From assembly GCA_964016885.1 (NCBI GenBank), contig OZ024740.1, forward strand, positions 289,912,001-289,976,000: 64,000 nt of DNA, given 5' to 3'. The DNA is from Eledone cirrhosa (taxonomy: Eukaryota). Both the position numbers and the translations under genes were made by a program. Of this stretch, positions 15,001 to 30,483 are shown piece after piece. The notes below the pieces were generated by a model. It was not told where the DNA came from. It did no database searches and was given only the letters and a program-made list of their open reading frames with translations. Position 1 is the first letter of the stretch. Each line of letters opens with the position of its first letter.

Positions 15001-18000
15001 AGTGTCAGAGATGGTGATTGTATTGGTGATGGTGTTGGTGGTGATGTTGGTTATAGTGTCAGAGATGGTGATTGTATTGGTGATGGTGTTGGTGGTGATG
15101 TTGGTTATAGTGTCAGAGATGGTGTTTGTATTGGTGATGGTGTTGGTGGTGATGTTGGTTATAGTGTCAGAGATGGTGATTGTATTGGTGATGGTGTTGG
15201 TGGTGATGTTGGTTATAGTGTCAGAGATGGTGTTTGTATTGGTGATGGTGTTGGTGGTGATGTTGGTTATAGTGTCAGAGATGGTGATTGTATTGGTGAT
15301 GGTGTTGGTGGTGATGTTGGTTATAGTGTCAGAGGTGGTGTTTGTATTGGTGATGGTGTTGGTGGTGATGTTGGTAATAGTGTCAGAGATGGTGTTCGTA
15401 TTGGTAATGGTGTTGGTGGTGATGTTGGTAATAGTGTCAGAGGTGGTGTTTGTATTGGTGATGGTGTTGGTGGTGATGTTGGTAATAGTGTCAGAGGTGG
15501 TGATTGTATTGGTAATGGTGTTGGTGGTGATGTTGGTAATAGTGTCAGAGGTGGTGTTTGTATTGGTGATGGTGTTGGTGGTGATGTTGGTAATAGTGTC
15601 AGAGATGGTGTTCGTATTGGTAATGGTGTTGGTGGTGATGTTGGTTATAGTGTCAGAGGTGGTGTTTGTATTGGTAATGGTGTTGGTGGTGATGTTGGTA
15701 ATAGTGTCAGAGATGGTGTTCGTATTGGTAATGGTGTTGGTGGTGATGTTGGTAATAGTGTCAGAGATGGTGTTTGTATTGGTAATGGTGTTGGTGGTGA
15801 TGTTGGTAATAGTGTCAGAGGTGGTGTTTGTATTGGTAATGGTGTTGGTGGTGATGTTGGTAATAGTGTCAGAGGTGGTGTTTGTGTTGGTAATGGTGTT
15901 GGTGGTGATGTTGGTTATAGTGTCAGAGATGGTGATTGTATTGGTAATGGTGTTGGTGGTGATGTTGGTAATAGTGTCAGAGATGGTGATTGTATTGGTA
16001 ATGGTGTTGGTGGTGATGTTGGTAATAGTGTCAGAGATGGTGATTGTATTGGTAATGGTGTTTGTGGTGATGTTGGTAATAGTGTCAGAGGTGGTGTTTG
16101 TATTGGTGATGGTGTTGGTGGTGATGTTGGTTATAGTGTCAGAGATGGTGTTGTATTGGTAATGGTGTTGGTGGTGATGTTGGTTATAGTGTCAGAGATG
16201 GTGTTTGTATTGGTAATGGTGTTGGTGGTGATGTTGGTTATAGTGTCAGAGGTGGTGTTTGTATTGGTGATGGTGTTGGTGGTGATGTTGGTAATAGTGT
16301 CAGAGGTGGTGTTTGTATTGGTAATGGTGTTGGTGGTGATGTTGGTAATAGTGTCAGAGGTGGTGATTGTATTGGTAATGGTGTTGTTGGTGATGTTGGT
16401 TATAGTATCAGAGGTGGTGTTTGTATTGGTGATGGTGTTGGTGGTGATGTTGGTTATAGTGTCAGAGATGGTGTTTGTATTGGTGATGGTGTTGGTGGTG
16501 ATGTTGGTAATAGTGTCAGAGGTGGTGTTTGTATTGGTGATGGTGTTGGTGGTGATGTTGGTAATAGTGTCAGAGATGGTGTTTGTATTGGTGATGGTGT
16601 TGGTGGTGATGTTGGTAATAGTGTCAGAGGTGGTGTTTGTATTGGTAATGGTGTTGGTGGTGATGTTGGTTATAGTGTCAGAGATGGTGTTTGTATTGGT
16701 AATGGTGTTGGTGGTGATGTTGGTTATAGTGTCAGAGGTGGTGTTTGTATTGGTAATGGTGTTGGTGGTGATGTTGGTAATAGTGTCAGAGATGGTGTTT
16801 GTATTGGTGATGGTGTTGGTGGTGATGTTGGTTATAGTGTCAGAGGTGGTGTTTGTATTGGTAATGGTGTTTGTGGTGATGTTGGTAATAGTGTCAGAGG
16901 TGGTGTTTGTATTGGTAATGGTGTTGGTGGTGATGTTGCTTATAGTGTCAGAGGTGGTGTTTGTATTGGTAATGGTGTTGGTGGTGATGTTGGTAATAGT
17001 GTCAGAGATGGTGTTTGTATTGGTAATGGTGTTGGTGGTGATGTTGGTAATAGTGTCAGAGGTGGTGTTTGTATTGGTAATGGTGTTGGTGGTGATGTTG
17101 GTAATAGTGTCAGAGGTGGTGTTTGTATTGGTAATGGTGTTGGTGGTGATGTTGGTTATAGTGTCAGAGGTGGTGATTGTATTGGTAATGGTGTTGGTGG
17201 TGATGTTGGTAATAGTGTCAGAGGTGGTGTTTGTATTGGTAATGGTGTTGGTGGTGATGTTGGTAATAGTGTCAGAGATGGTGTTTGTATTGGTAATGGT
17301 GTTGGTGGTGATGTTGGTTATAGTGTCAGAGATGGTGTTTGTATTGGTAATGGTGTTGGTGGTGATGTTGGTAATAGTGTCAGAGATGGTGATTGTATTA
17401 GTAATGGTGTTGGTGGTGATGTTGGTTATAGTGTCAGAGGTGGTGTTTGTATTGGTAATGGTGTTGGTGGTGATGTTGGTAATAGTGTCAGAGGTGGTGT
17501 TTGTATTGGTAATGGTGTTGGTGGTGATGTTGGTTATAGTGTCAGAGGTGGTGTTTGTATTGGTAATGGTGTTGGTGGTGATGTTGGTTATAGTGTCAGA
17601 GGTGGTGTTTGTATTGGTAATGGTGTTGGTGGTGATGTTGGTTATAGTGTCAGAGATGGTGATTGTATTGGTGATGGTGTTGGTGGTGATGTTGGTTATA
17701 GTGTCAGAGATGGTGATTGTATTGGTGATGGTGTTGGTGGTGATGTTGGTTATAGTGTCAGAGGTGGTGTTTGTATTGGTAATGGTGTTGGTGGTGATGT
17801 TGGTTATAGTGTCAGAGGTGGTGTTTGTATTGGTGATGGTGTTGGTGGTGATGTTGGTAATAGTGTCAGAGGTGGTGTTTGTATTGGTAATGGTGTTGGT
17901 GGTGATGTTGGTTATAGTGTCAGAGATGGTGATTGTATTGGTGATGGTGTTGGTGGTGATGTTGGTTATAGTGTCAGAGGTGGTGTTTGTATTGGTGATG

Positions 18001-20640
18001 GTGTTGGTGGTGATGTTGGTAATAGTGTCAGAGATGGTGTTTGTATTGGTGATGGTGTTGGTGGTGATGTTGGTTATAGTGTCAGAGATGGTGTTTGTAT
18101 TGGTAATGGTGTTGGTGTTGATGTTGGTAATAGTGTCAGAGATGGTGTTTGTATTGGTAATGGTGTTGGTGGTGATGTTGGTTATAGTGTCAGAGGTGGT
18201 GTTTGTATTGGTAATGGTGTTGGTGGTGATGTTGGTAATAGTGTCAGAGGTGGTGTTTGTATTGGTAATGGTGTTGGTGGTGATGTTGGTTATAGTGTCA
18301 GAGATGGTGATTGTATTGGTGATGGTGTTGGTGGTGATGTTGGTTATAGTGTCAGAGATGGTGATTGTATTGGTGATGGTGTTGGTGGTGATGTTGGTTA
18401 TAGTGTCAGAGATGGTGATTGTATTGGTGATGGTGTTGGTGGTGATGTTGGTTATAGTGTCAGAGATGGTGATTGTATTGGTGATGGTGTTGGTGGTGAT
18501 GTTGGTTATAGTGTCAGAGATGGTGTTTGTATTGGTGATGGTGTTGGTGGTGATGTTGGTTATAGTGTCAGAGATGGTGATTGTATTGGTGATGGTGTTG
18601 GTGGTGATGTTGGTTATAGTGTCAGAGATGGTGTTTGTATTGGTGATGGTGTTGGTGGTGATGTTGGTTATAGTGTCAGAGATGGTGATTGTATTGGTGA
18701 TGGTGTTGGTGGTGATGTTGGTTATAGTGTCAGAGGTGGTGTTTGTATTGGTGATGGTGTTGGTGGTGATGTTGGTAATAGTGTCAGAGATGGTGTTCGT
18801 ATTGGTAATGGTGTTGGTGGTGATGTTGGTAATAGTGTCAGAGGTGGTGTTTGTATTGGTGATGGTGTTGGTGGTGATGTTGGTAATAGTGTCAGAGGTG
18901 GTGATTGTATTGGTAATGGTGTTGGTGGTGATGTTGGTAATAGTGTCAGAGGTGGTGTTTGTATTGGTGATGGTGTTGGTGGTGATGTTGGTAATAGTGT
19001 CAGAGATGGTGTTCGTATTGGTAATGGTGTTGGTGGTGATGTTGGTTATAGTGTCAGAGGTGGTGTTTGTATTGGTAATGGTGTTGGTGGTGATGTTGGT
19101 AATAGTGTCAGAGATGGTGTTCGTATTGGTAATGGTGTTGGTGGTGATGTTGGTAATAGTGTCAGAGATGGTGTTTGTATTGGTAATGGTGTTGGTGGTG
19201 ATGTTGGTAATAGTGTCAGAGGTGGTGTTTGTATTGGTAATGGTGTTGGTGGTGATGTTGGTAATAGTGTCAGAGGTGGTGTTTGTGTTGGTAATGGTGT
19301 TGGTGGTGATGTTGGTTATAGTGTCAGAGATGGTGATTGTATTGGTAATGGTGTTGGTGGTGATGTTGGTAATAGTGTCAGAGATGGTGATTGTATTGGT
19401 AATGGTGTTGGTGGTGATGTTGGTAATAGTGTCAGAGATGGTGATTGTATTGGTAATGGTGTTGGTGGTGATGTTGGTAATAGTGTCAGAGGTGGTGTTT
19501 GTATTGGTGATGGTGTTGGTGGTGATGTTGGTTATAGTGTCAGAGATGGTGTTGTATTGGTAATGGTGTTGGTGGTGATGTTGGTTATAGTGTCAGAGAT
19601 GGTGTTTGTATTGGTAATGGTGTTGGTGGTGATGTTGGTTATAGTGTCAGAGGTGGTGTTTGTATTGGTGATGGTGTTGGTGGTGATGTTGGTTATAGTG
19701 TCAGAGGTGGTGTTTGTATTGGTAATGGTGTTGGTGGTGATGTTGGTAATAGTGTCAGAGGTGGTGTTTGTATTGGTAATGGTGTTGGTGGTGATGTTGG
19801 TAATAGTGTCAGAGGTGGTGATTGTATTGGTAATGGTGTTGGTGGTGATGTTGGTTATAGTGTCAGAGATGGTGTTTGTATTGGTAATGGTGTTGGTGGT
19901 GATGTTGGTTATAGTGTCAGAGGTGGTGATTGTATTGGTAATGGTGTTGGTGGTGATGTTGGTAATAGTGTCAGAGATGGTGTTTGTGTTGGTAATGGTG
20001 TTGGTGGTGATGTTGGTTATAGTGTCAGAGGTGGTGTTTGTATTGGTGATGGTGTTGGTGGTGATGTTGGTTATAGTGTCAGAGATGGTGTTTGTATTGG
20101 TAATGGTGTTGGTGGTGATGTTGGTAATAGTGTCAGAGGTGGTGTTTGTATTGGTGATGGTGTTGGTGGTGATGTTGGTTATAGTGTCAGAGGTGGTGTT
20201 TGTATTGGTAATGGTGTTGGTGGTGATGTTGGTAATAGTGTCAGAGATGGTGTTTGTGTTGGTAATGGTGTTGGTGGTGATGTTGGTTATAGTGTCAGAG
20301 GTGGTGTTTGTGTTGGTGATGGTGTTGGTGGTGATGTTGGTTATAGTGTCAGAGGTGGTGTTTGTATTGGTGATGGTGTTGGTGGTGATGTTGGTAATAG
20401 TGTCAGAGATGGTGTTTGTATTGGTAATGGTGTTGGTGGTGATGTTGGTTATAGTGTCAGAGATGGTGTTTGTATTGGTAATGGTGTTGGTGGTGATGTT
20501 GGTTATAGTGTCAGAGGTGGTGTTTGCATTGGTGATGGTGTTGGTGGTGATGTTGGTAATAGTGTCAGAGGTGGTGTTTGCATTGGTGATGATATTCGTG
20601 ATGGAGTCAGTGATGGCGATTGTGTTGGTGATAATGTTCG
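1..20640. repeat. 54-bp tandem minisatellite, roughly 380 units, running off the left edge
   Basis: Unit tggt[a/g]atggtgttggtggtgatgttggt[a/t]atagtgtcagag[a/g]tggtg[t/a]ttgtat repeats continuously and degenerates at ~20590-20640. The long ORFs in the track are translations of this unit. Confidence 0.98.
6345..6544. other. Assembly gap (200 N) inside the minisatellite
   Basis: Run of N; true array length is unknown. Confidence 0.99.
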
Positions 20641-20649
20641 TCTTGTTAT

Positions 20650-21110
20650 ATAGAGTGTACTGCACAGGTTTCCTTGAGAGGATGACTGTCTCAGTTTTCT
20701 CAACATTGATTTTAATTCCAGCAATCCAACACTCTGCATCAAACCTATCAAGTGCAAGTCGAAGATCACTTTCTGTCGAGTTAAGGAACATCATGTGGTC
20801 TGCAAGTTGAAGCCGACTAATTTTTCACTCATACCACTTCTAACCAGCCTGCGTCTGTCAATCCTGTTCATGAAAATAATGAACAGAAGAGGTTACAGTA
20901 CGCATCCTTGGCGAATTCCGACTCCTACATCTAATGGTTTCGATTTAGTACCATTTATTCGAACACAAATACTCTGATATCCCTATAGAGATATCAGCGC
21001 AGTAAGAAGCTGACTATCGATCCCAGACTCCTGCAAAAACTTCCACAGCATGTCCGATGAACTTAGTTATATGTCTTTTCGCGGTCAACAAAGTAAGAAT
21101 ATACCTCTTG
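20650..21110 (-). mobile_element. RTE-clade LINE reverse transcriptase fragment, degenerate
   Basis: Minus-strand translation gives VGVGIRQGCVL.PLLFIIFMNRI and ADHMMFLNSTESDLRLALDRFDAECWIAGIKINVEKTETVILSRK (RT core motifs), with frameshifts. Confidence 0.8.
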
Positions 21111-21170
21111 GCAATACTTCCACGTGGGGTGTTGCTCTTAGTAAAACTATGATACTCCTGCGCTAAGAAC

Positions 21171-23216
<2,046 letters not shown>

Positions 23217-25570
23217 ATCCTGCGAGGTTGCCCTTTAATAAAAGGGTTTGTATATCACAACAAATAGATGACGAGACAGAGGCACAGTTCACCATAGCTA
23301 GAAATAAGATTAGACAAATAGTAGATCGATATACTGAGAGACAAAGCAGACCAGAGGTCCAACAACTTGGAAGGAAACCTGTAGAAGGCGTAGTTAGCTT
23401 CAAGCAGCGCACAAGGCATGGTGAGGTAGTGTGTCTACCCACATGTAAGTCCGGTAGGATGTCAATAGACAGCATGCCGAACTACATCAAGGCTTTGCAA
23501 CCCCACATCACCAACACGAGCAAAATTACACAACAAACACACGAGGGGAGAGAGAAGATCTTCAAAGCTCACATCATGATGTGGACCGACATCCTAAAGC
23601 CAAGCATACGCACTGCCAGCAACTTTCAGACGTCTAACAATGACATAGCACCCTTGTATTGGCTCCGCAAACCATAAAACAGTCGACGACCCGACAACAG
23701 GACCACCAACAAGACCTGTATGCGGAGCAAATATCGCTAGCAACTACAGGATCTCCTACCTCCTATCAATGGTTATACACCCCATAATCAAGATGTCCCC
23801 AGATGTATGTGACAGTACAGAGGACCTCCTCATCAGAATCAATAAATGCAACAAAAACAAAAGCCTATCTAACTGCATAATAGACAGTATGGACGTGGTA
23901 TCACTATACCCATCCATTAACATAGTAATAAGGATACCCCCACAAGAGAGTACTAAAAGTATGATTTAGAATGTAGCACAATGGAAAGCATCCTGCAGAT
24001 AGCTAACTCCATACACCAGAGTATAACTGTAACTATCGACTACCCTTCCAAACACCCTAACAGTAGACTACCTGTATTAGACACGGAACTCTGGATTAAC
24101 ACTATAGACCAGAAGACCCAAATTTTCCGCTCACACCACGCTAAACCCATGGCCTCCAAATACCCGATACTCAAAACCTCAGCAATGTCCAGTAGCGCTA
24201 AGTTTAATATTCTGATCGCAGACTTGGTACGAGTGATGAAGAAAGTGTCCCGCATGTGCGACCCAACAGAAATGGAAAGACAATCCAACACTTCTTCAAC
24301 CGCATGAAGTTCTCTGGCTACAACCAAAGAGACAGAATCAGAGTGTACAAAGAAGCCACGGAGAAGTATAAGACTCTCATAGAACTGGACATAAAAGGAA
24401 TTTTCCCATTATATAGGAGCAAATCATGGAATAGCTTAGATAGGACTAAACATAAGATAGGGAAAGCCCCTCGTGGTACGACAACCAGAGATACCAGAGT
24501 GTCATGTTCGTGGACGCTACCCCTGGAGGAAAATTAGCTAACCAGTGTAGAAAGGCCCTGAGAAAGACCCACTTAAAGATTAAAGTGGTAGAAAAGCCAG
24601 GAATTACCATAAAATCCCTGATCAGCTAAACATACCTTTTTAAGAAAACCCACAGTACTAACAGGAAATGTGTTATATGTAAAGTAAACACCCGGATAAA
24701 CTGTAAAACTAGAAACATATTCTATATCATGAGATGTACAGAGGGTACTTGCAGAAACATGACAGCAACATACATAGGCGAAACAGCTTGTAGCATAGGA
24801 GAAAGGATAAAACAACACTGGGGAGAACTAAAAGGACGAAAAAACGGTTCAGTACTATACGAAAACGACAGACAACAACATGACGGTAACATAGACAACA
24901 TAGAAATTAAAACAATATCTAAACATAGGAATGACCCAGCAGATAGGCAAATCAGAGAGGCAAGCGAAATAGAGCATAGAAGGCCAAAACTAAACAGATA
25001 AAATGAATGGAATAACAACAACACCCAAACAAACAATACTGACTTAAGAGAAATATAAATAAATAAATAAATAAATATATACACAAGCACAATAACAACT
25101 AACACATATAAACACACACTAGTAAACTAAGATAGAATGCAATAACCAAAACATAGTCATCCAAACGCGAACACACACCAAACACTATACACACACGCAA
25201 ACGCATGCGCAGAGAAGAAGACAAAAATAAATAAATAAATAAATAAACAGATAAAACAAGAATACAATACAACAGGAGGAACATAATAATACCACTGATG
25301 GTGTTGCAGATGTGCAACGAAAGAAGTTTGTTAAACTATATATATATGTGTTTATATCTATATTATATCTGTATATTTGACCGTTGGTCAGTCAATGGTA
25401 AACATTGAGGACCGAATGAATTAAGTGTGGAGATATAAAAGATACAGAAGCGAAAACCAACCAAACATTGAGTATGTTCTGTTATTATTTCTGGCAATAT
25501 TATAATCAGCAAAACATCACCCTCCCCAAGTATAACAATATTTGTTTCGAAAAACCTCGCAAAACAAATA
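23217..25570 (+). mobile_element. Penelope-like element, disrupted RT plus GIY-YIG ORF with internal deletion, and HHR-bearing 3' end
   Basis: PLE RT motifs PLYWLRK..PPTRPVCGA, SMDVVSLYPSI and LPVLD..HHAKPMAS; GIY-YIG YIGETACSIGERIKQH...RQIREA...KLNR; multiple stops and frameshifts. Confidence 0.9.
25287..25340 (+). ncRNA. Hammerhead ribozyme-like motif in PLE 3' end (core mutated to CUGAUGG)
   Basis: ctgatgg-t-gttgca gatg tgcaac-gaaa; counterpart of 22175-22230. Confidence 0.45.
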
Positions 25571-25592
25571 TATATATATATATACATATACA

Positions 25593-26214
25593 TATAAGTA
25601 TGTACACGTACATACATATATGTATACAGACGTACAGTAGTATATATATATATATATACATACATGCACACATATATATATATGTACGTATGGATTCACC
25701 GAACATTTATTATAATGCTCGTTGTGTTTGTAAACAAACATCCCGTATTAAGCCGTAGTGTCTAGCAACCATCGTTGCTCGTTTGTTCAACACTGACAAA
25801 GGAACGCTGTACTAGTTTCAAGCTTATTAGCTATCGTCAGCAACGTATACCTTCCTTCCAGATTGTTGAACGTATATACTTACCTTATGCATATTAACGG
25901 CTGAGTAGCCCAATTTTCATATCGAGTGGGTTAATCGGCCGGGTTCACCGAAAACGATAAACGGAAAAATGAAACGAAATTTCATTTCCCACTCTTAGTA
26001 CGGCTGTTACTTAAATATAAGTATGCACACGTACATACATATATGTATTCAGACGTACAGTAGTATGTATATATATATACATACATGCACACATATATAT
26101 ATGTACGTATGGATTCACCGAACATTTATTATAATGCTCGGTGTGTTTGTAATCAAACATCCCGTATTAAGCCGTAGTGTCTAGCAACCATCGTTGCTCG
26201 TTTGTTCAACACTG

Positions 26215-26219
<5 letters not shown>
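25593..26219 (-). mobile_element. Non-coding HHR element family A, ~1.5 tandem units of ~420 bp, in (TA)n
   Basis: 25593-25800 is directly repeated at 26016-26219; HHR at 25804-25846; second locus at 40665-41390. Confidence 0.8.
25804..25846 (-). ncRNA. Type I hammerhead ribozyme (minimal, palindromic stem III)
   Basis: Reverse complement: ACGUUG CUGACGA uAGCU aaua AGCUu GAAA CUAG UA CAGCGU. Confidence 0.75.
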
Positions 26220-26256
<37 letters not shown>

Positions 26257-26260
<4 letters not shown>

Positions 26261-28716
26261 GTGTGCCATAAAAAGCAAGGTCACAATACTAACGCTCCCT
26301 GTGTATTTTCCCATTATAAATGCCCCAATATTTCGTATAAAATAAATTATTTTGAATCTTGCCTATATCATGGTGATTATAGTGGAAAGTGTGATTATGT
26401 TGCATGAAATCATGAAAATGTGAAACCAAGTATGACCATACAATAATTGTTTATTTTATTAATCCATTATATTTAGTAAGCCAGCTTTGAATATAAAGGC
26501 GTACAAGGAAGAAACAAGTTCAGTTAAGTTAACTCCAGTCATATTTTTTTCAGAGTTTCTTTTTTGAAACTTCAACTGGGGAAATACTGGAGCACCACGG
26601 TCGAGAGGCCCAAACGTTTTCGTTTTGACAAGACGTTGGGGTATTTGTTTCTTCTCGGATTCTTGGACCCGCCTTGAAAACAGCGCTAGCGGAATGGCTT
26701 CCTCCGTCATGTACCAAAGATGCCTGCTCAGAGCAGTAGTGGCTGCCTGCGAGAGATCTCTGTCAACCTTACTGTACTGTGTCAACTCCACGTAGAATTG
26801 AAGGACATTGGATGGTGCATCAGCACACTTGACTGCTGTCAGCCTGTATCGCACGTAGAACATTGAACATACACATCCGGCGCAACTTTTCCATTTTAGC
26901 TTGATCATAATTGAGTCGCTCACCAAATGCATACAACATTGCCCTATAGATGATTGTGGACATCCACCGAGCGTTATGATGTGCACGAAGCAGCATCCAA
27001 TGAATTCCACGTGGAGGAGTGACACCAAGCAAGATCAACATCAACTCGGCACATTCTCGGTAGTCGTCCCGTGGAAGAGAACTCATTTTCCCATCGACGG
27101 ATGTCAGAAAATCTTGGAGGAACTTGATGTTCTCAGAACACAGACGCTTGAGTCGACAATGTTCAATGTTTTAAAGTTGGTCTTGTCCGTGAGTGACACC
27201 CAATCTTTTTTGAATTCCTTGAACTCTGGGGTATCTGGACTGGACATTGCTCCGAATAGTTGTTGCCACACTGCACACAAGATACGCTCCATGACATGGT
27301 GCCGACAAGCAAAATAAAACACCTTTTTGTTGAGCATCTCTTCTAGTTTCACGCAGGCACCATTTTTCCATCCTGAATTCGAAGCAGTTGTGTCGAAGAC
27401 CAAGCCCACCACAGAACCATCAACATACCAATCTTTAACAAGATCAAATAATGCTTTGGCTTGGGTGGTTCCAGTGCCATCAGGAATTATGGGAACACCG
27501 AGGAGTTTACCTTCTCTGAAGTCCGGAGTTCCAGCAATTAGCACACCTAGCCTCTCGTGGTCCCCAGGAATTGTCTTGCCATCCCAATGCAAGGTAACAA
27601 AGTCTGGTACAGCAAATTGTTCCTTTATGTGTTCAGCCCCCACAGTTCTGATCTTCTTAGCTGCACGTCTGCTACTATTCTTGGAGAGAGTTGTGGCGTC
27701 TATGTCAGTTCCACCCTCAGAAATAATCGATGCCATAAATGCTGTTCTCTGGCCCAGTGTCAGGTTTAAACGATCAGCCATTAGAGACATTTTTGGACTT
27801 TGAAATGGATTCTTTGGGAGTTCAAGCTGGTTTTTTCGCTTCTTGTCTGACTTTGAGCTGTCTCTGGGTTGGTTTGAGGTCTGAAATTCAGGATCCTGTT
27901 CATCTTCAGTTTCATCATTGGTTGAACTTGAATCACTCAGTTCATTACGTGGAAGTTGTGCTGCTACAGATCCTGACAAACGCTTTCTATGGTTCTCTGA
28001 CTCTCGACGAGCCACAGAAACCTGATCACGCTTAAACTTTGAAGATACCTTTTTCTGGTAACCCTTGTCTTCAGCACCCAGAGATACTTTTTTCTGGCAA
28101 CGCAGAAGAAATGTAGCATCTTCCATTTTCTGTTGATTATTACGAAGACGGGCTTTCAAAATTTTCTTTTCAGCATCAGTATGTGCAATGTAGAAATACG
28201 AATCCAATTCAGAAATAAATAGTGCTTCATTTTCTTTGTTTGACTTAGAAACTTTTGGCTTTTTGTAAATCTCTGTATTCACTGTACATGTTCATAATTT
28301 TCAGTTTCACTTTGTCTTTTCGTTGAGTCGCCACACCAGCTTTTTCCCACTCACTAACTACTTCCATCACAAGCCTATCCGCAATAGCACCATTGAAGCT
28401 CACATGCTTTTCGTCTTTCAGGTATAAGAAATATCTTAGAACATCCCCCTTTTTTGTTTAATGAAAAGGATGTAACATATTGCCCCAGGAGCCATATTAC
28501 TCGATCATCACAACGGAGCGAGTAGCTACAACTAGGCCCACTGGTTTCCGCCATTATTCTGCCAATTTGCAACTATTAGGCAAGGGTTAAATTAGTCTGA
28601 AATAATCAAAATTACATTATAAATTGATAATATACAAAATGGCATATACGAAAATCCATAGGGAGCTAAGAAAAAAAAACACTTTTGTGTAAAATGTGGG
28701 ATTCTGGAACACCCTA
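26257..28716 (-). mobile_element. hAT-superfamily (hATm-like) DNA transposon with frameshifted transposase, flanked by (TA)n
   Basis: ORF 27104..28282 has LHWDGK, GKLLGVP, FDTTASNSG..GAC and FACRHH; it continues as PRDDYRE, HNARWM and RHLWY in other frames. Imperfect TIRs: tggagtgtgcca at the left end and tagggtgttcca (reverse complement) at the right end. Confidence 0.8.
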
Positions 28717-28728
28717 ATATATATATAT

Positions 28729-28835
<107 letters not shown>

Positions 28836-28867
28836 TATTATCTATATATATGTATATATAATCCAGT

Positions 28868-28900
<33 letters not shown>

Positions 28901-28902
28901 GC

Positions 28903-28958
<56 letters not shown>

Positions 28959-29196
28959 CGGAACATGTGGGTGTCTATGTATGTATCAATAAGGAAAGTT
29001 CATTGTAGAGAACGAGAATCAATGGCAGATAAAAATGGTTATGGATGCGTTAATGTCATCAACCATTAACACACAAAATTAACAATAACAACACAAAGAA
29101 GGCACTCAGAAGTATTCCTATTAATGTTATCCTTGCCAATCCCTTTTATCGAGGACAACATAAAGGAACCCAACGCGTTCCTTCTCGTCTCTCTCA

Positions 29197-29295
<99 letters not shown>

Positions 29296-29309
29296 TCTCT
29301 TGCTACAAT

Positions 29310-29354
<45 letters not shown>

Positions 29355-30102
29355 ATATATATAAATATGTGAGTATCTGTGCATATATGCATATATATAT
29401 ATACATATATATATATACATATACATACGTACATATATACATACATGCACACACACTCATACATATATAACATGTACACATATATGTGTTTGTGTGTTTG
29501 TGTGTATGTGTGTTTGTTATATAGAAAACATCACTGTTTTCAAGTTTAATATTTGTATTAGTGATTTTTCATATTTCTTTATTAGTCCTTTATGTTTTGA
29601 ACAATAAAAACCTAAGTCCATTAACCATTCATTTACAACAAGTAGACATTAAAACACACTACAATACTAACACGAAACAAAAACTACAGAGAAAACACAT
29701 TATTTGATAACACCACCATACTATATAGAATTGCACAATAAAACCAGATTAGCTATGGAAGTTTTATTAATAGTAGCATATAATGTTTTGCTTTGTACAC
29801 ATACATTACTCTTTTAATCAACTTGCAACAGTAACCAGTCACTGAAAGTAACTTGGATTTGACAATTAAAAAATATTAAATCCAACGATGATGACTTTAT
29901 ATTCTATCACATCATTCCTCGCTGAAAGACAGCAATAAAAGCGCCACTATCATCCACACTTCACGCACAAGAAGTTCTTGAAACAAGGTCTTGATACATT
30001 AATGGATTTAGAAAATTAAACATAGGGGAATATAAGCAGATATTACATTATAACATGATTGAAAGAAAAACAAATATATTAGCGTACTTTTATTCACAAC
30101 CA

Positions 30103-30168
<66 letters not shown>

Positions 30169-30354
30169 TAAACCCACACATATGTATATATGACTATTTG
30201 ACTATAACAACTCTTGATCACTATAAATAAGAGTTGAGGAAACCGAACCTCGCCTCCCCTTTAGGATGTCTATATTTCAAATGCTTCTTAAATCAACCGA
30301 TTGTTTACATTTCTAGCTACAGGCTTAACATCTTTTACAAGACGCCCGCAAGTG

Positions 30355-30430
30355 ACATGGGATGCCTTAGCGTAATGGTTAACACCCTCTCCTGGCATTC
30401 GAAAGATGCAGGGATTCGATTTATCACGGG
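30355..30430 (+). mobile_element. tRNA-derived SINE head or tRNA pseudogene, degenerate
   Basis: A-box-like tagcgtaatggttaa and B-box-like ggattcgatt; imperfect inverted flanks at 30190-30240 and 30440-30483. Confidence 0.4.
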
Positions 30431-30483
30431 TTTACTCTTTTTCTCAATGATTGTTTATAGTGATCGACTATTATTATAGTCAT

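Noticed and set aside
6-19563. Giant Val/Leu/Met-rich and Gly-rich ORFs (up to 2107 aa)
   Set aside because: They are translations of the 54-bp repeat; frames swap at indels, and I see no unique domains, signal peptide or splice context.
1-20640. CRISPR-like array
   Set aside because: No unique spacers, no cas genes, and a eukaryotic context.
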